Below, piece by piece: positions 47,572 through 55,128 of a stretch of 64,000 nucleotides of DNA (its first letter is position 1; each line of letters starts with the position of its first letter). The position numbers and the translations under genes are program-made. Under the pieces are notes generated by a model, which worked only from the letters and a program-made list of their open reading frames with translations, searched no databases and was not told where the DNA came from. Source of the stretch: a virus; IMG/VR virus record IMGVR_UViG_3300025127_000009, positions 64,001 to 128,000 of that record; one strand, 5' to 3'.

Positions 47572-47874
47572 TTAATACTCGGCTCCAATCTTTCTTGTTG
47601 CGTGTATGAGATCTTCCTTGCATATGTTAGTCACGTTAATGAATAACCTTATACCTGCGGACTCGCTACCTCCTACCGTATTGCTCCGGATAAACCGTAG
47701 TTCATGCCACAAATCAACCGCTGCCTGGTAGTTCTCACTAGACACGAACGCTTGAATTTGCCTTGTACACATATCAGTCAGAATAGGCATATTCTTTTGT
47801 TTTTCATATATCTCGTCTAGTCTCTCAAGTAAATCGCGCTCTTCATTCATTTTGGCTAACCTTTGCTCGTTCAT
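47572..47874 (-). CDS. Hypothetical protein
   Basis: Start MNEQRL just downstream of a promoter. Confidence 0.6.
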   Translation of the reverse strand: MNEQRLAKMNEERDLLERLDEIYEKQKNMPILTDMCTRQIQAFVSSENYQAAVDLWHELRFIRSNTVGGSESAGIRLFINVTNICKEDLIHATRKIGAEY

Positions 47875-47883
47875 CTTGTATAC

Positions 47884-47958
47884 ATTAAAGCACATAAAAA
47901 AAATTGGCGCAAGAAAAAAATCGCGAAATCGTAAATCGCGAATAAAATCAATTACTTA
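47884..47958 (-). promoter_or_regulatory. Sigma70-like promoter with perfect IHF-consensus box
   Basis: TTGCGC-N17-TTTAAT; AATCAATTACTTA at 47946-47958 matches WATCAANNNNTTR. Confidence 0.75.
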
Positions 47959-48146
47959 TCAACCAAACGTAACACCCTTCTATCAATAGTCTTATACTTT
48001 CCTGATATGTGCATGCATTCCCAATAGCCATCAATAACCGTAGAGGGCTTGACCACCAAATAGAGATCATTGGCCCGCTCTTTCTTAGTGCGTCCCGGTA
48101 CTGATTCTAATACCCTGACAAATGCACCTGGTTTGATCTCATCCAT
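47952..48146 (-). CDS. Small SH3/KOW-like hypothetical protein
   Basis: MDEIKPGAFVRV...LRLV. Confidence 0.55.
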   Translation of the reverse strand: MDEIKPGAFVRVLESVPGRTKKERANDLYLVVKPSTVIDGYWECMHISGKYKTIDRRVLRLVDK

Positions 48147-48405
48147 TATTCTTACCTTTCGCCGGGAAATACTGTAGTCTACCCTGTGCAACCGCATTTG
48201 TCAACTTAATTGCACTATCACACTTCTTAGTGTAACGCACCGTGCCACCTAGTGGCTTCTCTAAATGCCATTCTGGGCTCATCAAGACATAATCAACCAA
48301 TTGAAGCGCTGGCCCATTATCCGTATTAGTAACTAAACCCCATGCCCTATGTGGACCAAAGTAGAACATGTCCCCTACTTTATACTTATTAACTGCCATT
48401 GTCAA
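48139..48405 (-). CDS. Small SH3/KOW-like hypothetical protein
   Basis: YKVGDMFYF...WGLV. Confidence 0.55.
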   Translation of the reverse strand: MTMAVNKYKVGDMFYFGPHRAWGLVTNTDNGPALQLVDYVLMSPEWHLEKPLGGTVRYTKKCDSAIKLTNAVAQGRLQYFPAKGKNNG

Positions 48406-48408
48406 CCC

Positions 48409-48705
48409 CTACCAACACTGATGGTCAATAATACAATCACCGAATGACCACCGGACCTCTGCTAGTGTCCAGCAACCAGGACGACGAAACACTCTATCAG
48501 GATCGCATACCTCCACTAGATGGTGACTATCAGGACAGTCAATATCAGTCTGCCCGTAGTCAAAATCACGAGGACTACAACCGTCGTAAGAGTAGACCAC
48601 ATGGCTTGATACCGTTGTACGTCTCCGAGGCGGATTGTATTCCTCTTCTACTGTAAGAGCACACCCAGTGCTTAAGAGCGCTGCAATCGTCAATAACTTA
48701 ATCAT
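48409..48705 (-). CDS. Putative lipoprotein, Cys-rich
   Basis: MIKLLTIAALLSTGC lipobox; start revised. Confidence 0.6.
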   Translation of the reverse strand: MIKLLTIAALLSTGCALTVEEEYNPPRRRTTVSSHVVYSYDGCSPRDFDYGQTDIDCPDSHHLVEVCDPDRVFRRPGCWTLAEVRWSFGDCIIDHQCW

Positions 48706-48735
48706 GCTTTCCTCGTTTTCCTCACCAACAATTGC

Positions 48736-48798
48736 ATTATAGCGCGAAAAAAAATCAAAAGTCAAATAAAAAATTTTCTTAATGATTTCAAGAACTTA
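48736..48798 (-). promoter_or_regulatory. Sigma70-like promoter with upstream IHF-like box
   Basis: TTGACT-N18-TATAAT; box 48786-48798. Confidence 0.75.
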
Positions 48799-48799
48799 G

Positions 48800-48872
48800 T
48801 GGGTCACCCCGGACTCGAACCGGGAACCAGCGGATTAAAAGTCCGATGCGCTACCAATTGCGCCAGTGACCC
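48800..48872 (-). tRNA. tRNA-Lys(UUU), CCA not encoded
   Basis: Cloverleaf GGGTCAC/GTGACCC; anticodon loop CTTTTAA; GGTTCGAGTCC. Confidence 0.95.
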
Positions 48873-48877
48873 TAAAG

Positions 48878-48926
48878 AGGTGGTTTTATTATATGTAGCC
48901 GCATAGCGAGACCACCTAAACTCGCC
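48878..48926 (-). ncRNA. Candidate H-type pseudoknot upstream of tRNA-Lys
   Basis: GGCGAG/CTCGCT and AGGTGGT/ACCACCT interleaved; optional TATG/CATA hairpin in loop 3. Confidence 0.45.
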
Positions 48927-48937
48927 GGAGGTAACCT

Positions 48938-49051
48938 TTAAAAACTACTCTGAATTAGAGCGACCATACGATGAAACCCATTTACCATACCTGTTAATCC
49001 TATCAGATCCCCCAATAAAAAGCAACCAATACCTATTAAAATTTTATCCAT
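48938..49051 (-). CDS. Small hydrophobic protein (37 aa)
   Basis: Manual translation MDKILIGIGCFLLGDLIGLTGMVNGFHRMVALIQSSF; coupled to the upstream stop. Confidence 0.5.
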   Translation of the reverse strand: MDKILIGIGCFLLGDLIGLTGMVNGFHRMVALIQSSF

Positions 49052-49304
49052 CGCGATTGTCATCCCTTAATGGCACTAACTCCCTGATAACACTCCTCAA
49101 ATCGTTAGCAATAAACCATTTATCATAATCAAAAACATCTACCATGTTATAAACGGCGCGTTCAAAAGAAAGCCTACGGTTTAAAACATCCTCCGCTTTA
49201 CCCCTTAAATCCTTTTCATACCTGTAGCCCTCTGCTAATATCTCCTCTTTATTCCTTAGAATATCCTCAAGACTATCTTGAAAGGTCATATTACCCCTTC
49301 CCAT
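49044..49304 (-). CDS. Hypothetical protein
   Basis: 86 aa ORF (likely start MTFQDS). Confidence 0.6.
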   Translation of the reverse strand: MGRGNMTFQDSLEDILRNKEEILAEGYRYEKDLRGKAEDVLNRRLSFERAVYNMVDVFDYDKWFIANDLRSVIRELVPLRDDNRDG

Positions 49305-50568
49305 CTACTGCAATAACCTTTTCACTAGTGTTAAAGTACGGTTGCCTGTAACCATCGGCATCTGTCAACCACATACGCTGACACTTGCTAGGCTTTGGCT
49401 TTGGAGCGTACATATCTGTCAAGATGATGTGGCCATCAAAGTCACCGCGCTGGTTAACATACTCAGTAGGAGCATTGAAACACGTACCGCCACTGAGAAC
49501 TCGCTCATATTTTCTCTTGTCCCCTTTCTTCCATACATAAATCTTACTCTCATCTACTTTTGTATCGAATGGAACGACTGTAAACTCTGCTAATTCAGCC
49601 AGTTTGTTCAATTCGGAAAAGAACATTGCTAACATCTCGTTACTTACAGATCCTGACTGATCAATTGATACCGCAATCTTGGCAACCCGCGCTTGTTTAC
49701 GGCCCGGATGTACGTATGGAAACCTCCTGTTAATCCTCTTGATAGAACTAGACTTGTTGGCACGTTGTGATGTCTTAACAAAATATCTTAAAACCTTCCT
49801 CCAGTCAATGACTGTCTTGATAGAATCCATAATTTTCTGGCGAGTAGACTGTGATACTGAACCCCACCCATTACTGGACGCGGCTTCCTGTGCTGCGTTT
49901 TTTACAATATCTTTTATACGTTCAGAAGCAATATCCTTTATCTCTTGCGGGCATTTACCCCACCCGCTATGATCATCTAAAGATTCCGGTGCAGGAGTAC
50001 CGCTAGAAGCGCCAGAATCGCCGTCTCCGGGGTTTTCTCCACTAGACCCACCATCGGACCCGTCTCCGCTACTACCTTGCCCAGAATCGCCGTCATTTCC
50101 AGATTGTGTAATGGCCTCTGGCAAGTTAGCAAGATACCATTCAGCGGACATACCTTTAGGCAAATCCTCAAACTGATCTTTACCCGGAATGAGACCACCC
50201 TCGGGCAGATTATCAATGTGGCTATTAATTGCTAAATCAGTAGCAATATTCCAATGTTGCATAGGCACGTTATCAGGCATACGGTCAGTAACATGCTTAA
50301 AAATAATATGGTAGAACTCATGCTTAAGCACTGCCAAGCGTTCTTTGCTGGTTAGAGCCTTAAAGAACTCAGGGTTGTACAACATCTCAAACTGTGCTGA
50401 ATCAGGGTTAACCATAACACCGGCAGTAGGCACCGAAAACGATGCACGCTTATCAATGCGCCGCGATATAGATGCAAAAAATGGCTCTTCTAAAAGCAAT
50501 TTTGCAGTGTGCATATTGAGATCAAAGGTCTGCTCATCCATAACTGTAGTCTCTTGTTGCGTTGTCAT
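49291..50568 (-). CDS. DUF2201-type putative metallopeptidase-vWA protein
   Basis: LKHEFYH (HExxH), NIATDLAINS, Ser/Gly/Asp linker, DQSGSVS MIDAS, GGT, LTD. Confidence 0.85.
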   Translation of the reverse strand: MTTQQETTVMDEQTFDLNMHTAKLLLEEPFFASISRRIDKRASFSVPTAGVMVNPDSAQFEMLYNPEFFKALTSKERLAVLKHEFYHIIFKHVTDRMPDNVPMQHWNIATDLAINSHIDNLPEGGLIPGKDQFEDLPKGMSAEWYLANLPEAITQSGNDGDSGQGSSGDGSDGGSSGENPGDGDSGASSGTPAPESLDDHSGWGKCPQEIKDIASERIKDIVKNAAQEAASSNGWGSVSQSTRQKIMDSIKTVIDWRKVLRYFVKTSQRANKSSSIKRINRRFPYVHPGRKQARVAKIAVSIDQSGSVSNEMLAMFFSELNKLAELAEFTVVPFDTKVDESKIYVWKKGDKRKYERVLSGGTCFNAPTEYVNQRGDFDGHIILTDMYAPKPKPSKCQRMWLTDADGYRQPYFNTSEKVIAVDGKG

Positions 50569-50574
50569 GATTGC

Positions 50575-50603
50575 ACTATAACCCTATCCAGAACAAATGT
50601 CAA
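50575..50603 (-). promoter_or_regulatory. Sigma70-like promoter, near-leaderless start of the vWA gene
   Basis: TTGACA-N17-TATAGT, ATG 6 nt downstream. Confidence 0.7.
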
Positions 50604-51676
50604 TTATTTTCTACATCGCCAAGGATTTCAACCAGGAAATCCGACACTGAACGACCATCAACCGATGCCTGATGTAGACTAACAAGATTATCTCTTGCTG
50701 ATTCATCCTCCACTGAACCCATAACCGTCCACAATTTCATAGCAACCTCAGAGGGAAGCATAAAGAAATACCTTGCCACGTTATCCATTTGCTCTTGCGG
50801 CAAGACACTGTGGAAAGTCTCCGCTGATTCAAACTTGGCCACCATAGCAGTATGCTCATTGATACCAAAGTCTGCTAACTTAGAGAAGTCACCCTTGATA
50901 AGAATATCCTCAATAGACACTTGCCTGTCATAGTTAGCAATAAAATCCTTGAATGCTACCGCAGCCTCAAAACCAACAAAAGCACTGGTTAACTGAAACA
51001 ATAGAGCACCATCCTTGCTCTCATAAGCATTGGCATGCTGTAAACACTCGTCTAAACGCTCCCAAGAACGACGGGAAGGATAGACCTTGTTTGGCTCATA
51101 GTCATCGCTATGCTCAAGATGATTGTGGTTATGATTAATAAAATCCCACACTTCCGAGGACAAGCCGGTATCCTTGGCCCAGTTAAGCCAATCATCTACC
51201 GATGGTTCAATATCAAACACAGTCCACCTGTCAAGTTCAGCGGGATCCATCTCGCCTACCTGGTATTGGGCACCGTGCTCGCCACCATTAACAGCAGCAA
51301 ATACAAGGGTGTCATCATGTAGACAGTGGCCATTCAGTTTTCGACTATCTGTCAACTCAAAAATACCCTGACGCACCTCAACTGTGGCACGGTCTACCTC
51401 ATCCAAGAATAGAACAACTGGCTCATCACATGCACGCTTAAACCAATCCGGTGGATTAAAGGAAGTACTATTCCCATTGATAACAGGTAGACCAACAAGG
51501 TCACCTTCGGTCATCTGAGATGCGCGGCGTTCTACCACAGGCAACCCAATGTGGTCAGCATACTGATATACAACGGTAGACTTACCAATACCGTGACGGC
51601 CACGTAAGAGAACTGGCTTGCGAACACCTGTAACGTAACCGACGACGCTACCAAAAGTCTTGAAGTCAACTGCCAT
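50600..51676 (-). CDS. MoxR-like AAA+ ATPase
   Basis: GRHGIGKS Walker A, LFLDE Walker B, EGDLVGLP, SRRSWE. Confidence 0.9.
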   Translation of the reverse strand: MAVDFKTFGSVVGYVTGVRKPVLLRGRHGIGKSTVVYQYADHIGLPVVERRASQMTEGDLVGLPVINGNSTSFNPPDWFKRACDEPVVLFLDEVDRATVEVRQGIFELTDSRKLNGHCLHDDTLVFAAVNGGEHGAQYQVGEMDPAELDRWTVFDIEPSVDDWLNWAKDTGLSSEVWDFINHNHNHLEHSDDYEPNKVYPSRRSWERLDECLQHANAYESKDGALLFQLTSAFVGFEAAVAFKDFIANYDRQVSIEDILIKGDFSKLADFGINEHTAMVAKFESAETFHSVLPQEQMDNVARYFFMLPSEVAMKLWTVMGSVEDESARDNLVSLHQASVDGRSVSDFLVEILGDVENN

Positions 51677-51727
51677 GATGATTTACTCCTAATGAAAAGC
51701 AGTTAGTTTTTCGTTCTATCTTTTTTA

Positions 51728-51801
51728 ATTATGCACAAACGATTTACATATTGCAAACAAAAAATGAAAAATCGTAAAAACAAAATAAATTCAATTACTT
51801 A
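51728..51801 (-). promoter_or_regulatory. Sigma70-like promoter with upstream IHF-like box
   Basis: TTGCAA-N17-CATAAT; box 51789-51801. Confidence 0.7.
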
Positions 51802-51978
51802 GCGACTACAACTTTTACAGACATAGCCACCCCACTCTGGCCGTTTAGCATTGGGGAAGTATTCATGGCAATAGAGACAATCCATACCGTAATTATTATC
51901 ACCGTTATGGTATCCCGTATCCCTATCGAACTGGAGACGGTTAGCCCTTGCAACAAATCGTACTCTAGCCTTACCCAT
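51799..51978 (-). CDS. Small zinc-finger protein (59 aa)
   Basis: Manual translation ...DCLYCHE...YVCKSCSR; not in the ORF track. Confidence 0.6.
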   Translation of the reverse strand: MGKARVRFVARANRLQFDRDTGYHNGDNNYGMDCLYCHEYFPNAKRPEWGGYVCKSCSR

Positions 51979-52271
51979 TAGTCGTCATCCTCTTCTGGCA
52001 TTAATGGTAACAATCCAGCCTTTTCTAACTCCTGCATGTACTCATCAACTGACAAGCCATACTCACTAGCATTATCTGTCATCGCTTGCAGGAAGTCAAG
52101 AATTATTTTTCTAACCGCGTATTCTTTGTTGTCCTCGTCATCTTCAGGGCCACTATCTTTTAAAAGGTTTAATATGCGTTGCCATTCCCAGTTCTTGTGT
52201 TTGCCATTCTCACTCTTATTAACAAAGTCTGTTATTGAGGTAACATTATCCTTGTCGTCATCATCTTTCAT
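51978..52271 (-). CDS. Acidic hypothetical protein
   Basis: 97 aa ORF. Confidence 0.6.
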   Translation of the reverse strand: MKDDDDKDNVTSITDFVNKSENGKHKNWEWQRILNLLKDSGPEDDEDNKEYAVRKIILDFLQAMTDNASEYGLSVDEYMQELEKAGLLPLMPEEDDD

Positions 52272-52471
52272 TATTTACCTACACCTTTGGCCATATCAAC
52301 TGAAACAACATACTGATAAGCACCTTTATTATATGCTGGCGCTGTACACTTAGCCTTGCGGGCTGTCTCTACGCGAGCATTAGCAGCGCCGCACTCTAAG
52401 CAGGTCTTATAACCTAACGCTTTTCTTTTGGGGTTGTATTCTTCCCAGCATTCAACACAGATGGCTATCAT
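52271..52471 (-). CDS. Small zinc-finger protein
   Basis: CVEC...CLECG...PAYNKGAYQY. Confidence 0.7.
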   Translation of the reverse strand: MIAICVECWEEYNPKRKALGYKTCLECGAANARVETARKAKCTAPAYNKGAYQYVVSVDMAKGVGK

Positions 52472-52475
52472 AATA

Positions 52476-52658
52476 TTATACCTTTCGCGCTTCGCTGATT
52501 ACTTCCATTTGGTTTTTAGGGTTTGAGGTAGTCATAACTTTTGGCCTGAACCATCTCACCACTCTCACCTCTTCCGTGCCTGGTATTTCCCTGATCACGA
52601 CACCGTGCCAATAGTCCCAAGGCGGCGCTTTATACTTTACTAGGTCACCAACCTTCAT
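52476..52658 (-). CDS. KVGDL-family small SH3/KOW-like protein
   Basis: MKVGDLVKY...MEVISE; start revised. Confidence 0.7.
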   Translation of the reverse strand: MKVGDLVKYKAPPWDYWHGVVIREIPGTEEVRVVRWFRPKVMTTSNPKNQMEVISEARKV

Positions 52659-52689
52659 TTGTTTTCCTCTGCAATCTTTGTATATTTGT

Positions 52690-52753
52690 ATTAAACCAAA
52701 ACAAAAAACAAAATGCAAGAAAAATTTATTTATTTAATAAATTCAAGAACTTA
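52690..52753 (-). promoter_or_regulatory. Sigma70-like promoter with upstream IHF-like box
   Basis: TTGCAT-N17-TTTAAT; box 52741-52753. Confidence 0.7.
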
Positions 52754-52937
52754 GCACTTCTTTGATAGCAAAGGTTGAGAACACTAAACCCTCACGATGC
52801 CAATCCGGAGCCTTATCCACCCATCGCACCTTTACACCATCAACTGGTGAATTGGGATGATCAGGATACATGTACTTAACATAAGTAACAATGCCCCTCT
52901 CGCCCTTGTTGGTCTCAATTAAATCACCGATTTTCAT
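52743..52937 (-). CDS. KVGDL-family small protein
   Basis: MKIGDLIE...IKEVLS. Confidence 0.7.
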   Translation of the reverse strand: MKIGDLIETNKGERGIVTYVKYMYPDHPNSPVDGVKVRWVDKAPDWHREGLVFSTFAIKEVLSS

Positions 52938-53130
52938 CCTGCCCCCCTTTAAGTTCTCTTACACAGTCTTCTGGTAGCCACAACTTTTTGCCACTTGTAA
53001 GTAAAACCTCATAATGATACTCATCATCATCGTCGTGATACTCTATATCGTATGAAATTATTACTCCAGTAGAAGAGGCCCACTCACCTAGATCATACCA
53101 TTCTGCGTCAACTAAATCACCGATTTTCAT
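52924..53130 (-). CDS. KVGDL-family small protein
   Basis: MKIGDLVD... Confidence 0.7.
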   Translation of the reverse strand: MKIGDLVDAEWYDLGEWASSTGVIISYDIEYHDDDDEYHYEVLLTSGKKLWLPEDCVRELKGGQDENR

Positions 53131-53294
53131 GCCAACACCTCAAATTCATAACCCCACCATTTTTCTTTCTTTCCGCTACCAGCAACCATAACACACCAAA
53201 GGTTAGTTTGACCGTAGGCATTACCGTGGGCATTTCCTGTTATTATCCCCACCTCGCGTCTCATAACGTGTTCAACCAAATCACCGACGTTCAC
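53127..53294 (-). CDS. KVGDL-family small protein (55 aa, GTG start)
   Basis: Manual translation (V)NVGDLVEH...FEVLA; not in the ORF track. Confidence 0.65.
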   Translation of the reverse strand: MNVGDLVEHVMRREVGIITGNAHGNAYGQTNLWCVMVAGSGKKEKWWGYEFEVLA

Positions 53295-53460
53295 TGATAA
53301 CCTCCAGTAAACTAGTCTCTACAGGCATTGATGAATAATCATAAAGCAATACATAGCCTTGTAGTGGTGCAGATTTTCTAACAATATGTATTTTTCTAGT
53401 TTTCTCTTGGGTTCTGTTAAAAGGATTCGGTCTAAATCTTACTAAATCACCGGCTTTCAC
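53281..53460 (-). CDS. KVGDL-family small protein (GTG start)
   Basis: (V)KAGDLVRF...LEVISERR. Confidence 0.7.
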   Translation of the reverse strand: MKAGDLVRFRPNPFNRTQEKTRKIHIVRKSAPLQGYVLLYDYSSMPVETSLLEVISERR

Positions 53461-53647
53461 TGATAACCTCCACTGTATCTTGTGTACACCAGAATACACC
53501 GTAGTTAAACCAATTTACTTTTATTGGGTCTGGCTTGTCTAATTGAGTGTACGGCATTACATCTACCACAATACCGTGTACGTTGTCAAGATAAGGTACG
53601 CCAAACTTGTTGTGTTTTTTTACTAGTGTTCCGACCTTGATTTTCAT
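53447..53647 (-). CDS. KVGDL-family small protein
   Basis: MKIKVGTLVKK...VEVISESR. Confidence 0.7.
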   Translation of the reverse strand: MKIKVGTLVKKHNKFGVPYLDNVHGIVVDVMPYTQLDKPDPIKVNWFNYGVFWCTQDTVEVISESR

Positions 53648-53892
53648 GGCAAACTCTCAATTTCTACTGTTGAATCCCAAGTTACATCGCCGTTCTGCCA
53701 AAGTATTTTATGTCTAACTGGCCTCGATTCCTTTTCACCGTGCGGTTTCATCCACTGTGAATCTAGTATGATTCCAAATGTTCTACTTTTCCATAATCTA
53801 TCAGTTCCACAAAATATATCATACTGACGAGAGGACTCGCTCCACTGCACAGAATCACCTTTCTTTGGGTGATGTGAAATTGAATCAGTCAT
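53644..53892 (-). CDS. KVGDL-family small protein
   Basis: PKKGDSVQW...VEIES. Confidence 0.65.
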   Translation of the reverse strand: MTDSISHHPKKGDSVQWSESSRQYDIFCGTDRLWKSRTFGIILDSQWMKPHGEKESRPVRHKILWQNGDVTWDSTVEIESLP

Positions 53893-54055
53893 CTTTGTTC
53901 TTCTTCATTTTTGAAGTGAACCTACCGTAGTTACCCATGCCATCGTAGTCCATCGTATCCTGGTTTGGCTCATCTCGCTTTTTTTCTTTTTGAATGTTAT
54001 CACCTGATTTAAAAAAAGTCAAGCCTTTAATTAGTGATGTCCAAAAATCAATCAT
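53885..54055 (-). CDS. Small hypothetical protein (56 aa)
   Basis: Manual translation MIDFWTS...MDYDGMGNYGRF...; GAGGG SD. Confidence 0.55.
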   Translation of the reverse strand: MIDFWTSLIKGLTFFKSGDNIQKEKKRDEPNQDTMDYDGMGNYGRFTSKMKKNKDD

Positions 54056-54078
54056 TAACTTCCCTCGCTATTTTTTAA

Positions 54079-54107
54079 ATCATACTAAACAAAATTTTGA
54101 AAGTCAA
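54079..54107 (-). promoter_or_regulatory. Sigma70-like promoter
   Basis: TTGACT-N17-TATGAT; near-identical copy at 59599-59627. Confidence 0.7.
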
Positions 54108-54349
54108 CATTTTTTTAAATTTTGTTTAGTCGCCAGGACTATATCCTTGTCATCAGCGGGCCACCAATTAGCGTTATTAACCGCCGCTGTCCAACTGCCA
54201 AAGTCTTTAACATCGTCAAGCCATACTATCAAGAACTCTTCAATATTACCATCGGCCCACTGTTCTCTTGATTTGGTCACCAGGCCCATTGCACCCGTGC
54301 CACAATAGTGATCATGAGGCTTGTATATCACTAGATCGCCTACCTTCAC
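54104..54349 (-). CDS. KVGDL-family small protein (GTG start)
   Basis: (V)KVGDLVIY... Confidence 0.7.
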   Translation of the reverse strand: MKVGDLVIYKPHDHYCGTGAMGLVTKSREQWADGNIEEFLIVWLDDVKDFGSWTAAVNNANWWPADDKDIVLATKQNLKKC

Positions 54350-54542
54350 TGATAACCTCCAGTTTATCTTCTTCGTGCCACATTACACTAGAGTGAACTG
54401 TATTCCACCTTACGCGAACGTTTCTATGGTTGTCAGGGCCGTGAAGGGGACTAAACTCTAAGACTATGCCAACGTATTGATTATGTACACGGTCTGATAT
54501 ATACCTGCTCTTCTTGTACGCTATCAGGTCACCGACTTTCAC
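54312..54542 (-). CDS. KVGDL-family small protein (GTG start)
   Basis: (V)KVGDLIAY...LEVISE. Confidence 0.7.
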   Translation of the reverse strand: MKVGDLIAYKKSRYISDRVHNQYVGIVLEFSPLHGPDNHRNVRVRWNTVHSSVMWHEEDKLEVISEGRRSSDIQAS

Positions 54543-54732
54543 TGATAACCTCAAACTCGCTTGGCTTATGTAGTTCGGGCTTGCGACCAGGATAAGCCAC
54601 TTTTATCAATCTTCCTGTGCCTAATATGCCGCCTGAATCTGCATCTGTACTTAAGCAAATTGCTACGGCTCTTTTTTGTTGGTGCAACTGTAACATGCCC
54701 CAGCGCTTTACTACTAAATCACCTTTTTTCAT
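54529..54732 (-). CDS. KVGDL-family small protein
   Basis: MKKGDLVVK...FEVISESR. Confidence 0.7.
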   Translation of the reverse strand: MKKGDLVVKRWGMLQLHQQKRAVAICLSTDADSGGILGTGRLIKVAYPGRKPELHKPSEFEVISESR

Positions 54733-54842
54733 CTCTTAAACTCCCAATACGCTACTGATAACGCTATCAACATTAGTACACCAAGGATTACATACTCGGT
54801 GAATCCGTCTATCTGCATACTAACCATTGCGGCTTCATTCAT
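54729..54842 (-). CDS. Small membrane protein (37 aa)
   Basis: Manual translation MNEAAMVS...VILGVLMLIALSVAYWEFKR. Confidence 0.45.
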   Translation of the reverse strand: MNEAAMVSMQIDGFTEYVILGVLMLIALSVAYWEFKR

Positions 54843-54946
54843 TTTTACCTCTGTATCCCCAATACAAACTACCAAAGAAGAGGAAGTCTGCTATAGCACC
54901 GTAGAGTAGCGGAGCGTCTAATATATACTGAGTTAAAGTAAACATT

Positions 54947-55117
54947 TTATTGTTTCATTGGATAGATATAATCAATATGTGATTCTATCTTTTTACCGTC
55001 GCGACCCAGTAATTTTATCCATTCGCTATCTTCCTTTACTGGGCCAAGCGAAAGAAACGGACCTTGAAATCCGAGCGCTTCACCATAATCTACTCTTACT
55101 AATGTTCCCGCTTTCAT
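54947..55117 (-). CDS. KVGDL-family small protein (56 aa)
   Basis: Manual translation MKAGTLVRV...; not in the ORF track. Confidence 0.6.
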   Translation of the reverse strand: MKAGTLVRVDYGEALGFQGPFLSLGPVKEDSEWIKLLGRDGKKIESHIDYIYPMKQ

Positions 55118-55128
55118 GACTAATTCCT

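Noticed and set aside
48878-48926. HDV-like/theta ribozyme
   Set aside because: The topology lacks P3/L3/P1.1, there is no catalytic C in the J4/2-equivalent (TAATAAA), and it lies 5' of the tRNA. tRNA 3' trailers show no such fold. Kept only as a generic pseudoknot.
54000-54030. Extra sigma70 promoter (TTGACT at about 54017-54022, minus strand)
   Set aside because: No acceptable -10 box at 16-18 nt, and the sequence lies inside a plausible 56-aa ORF.
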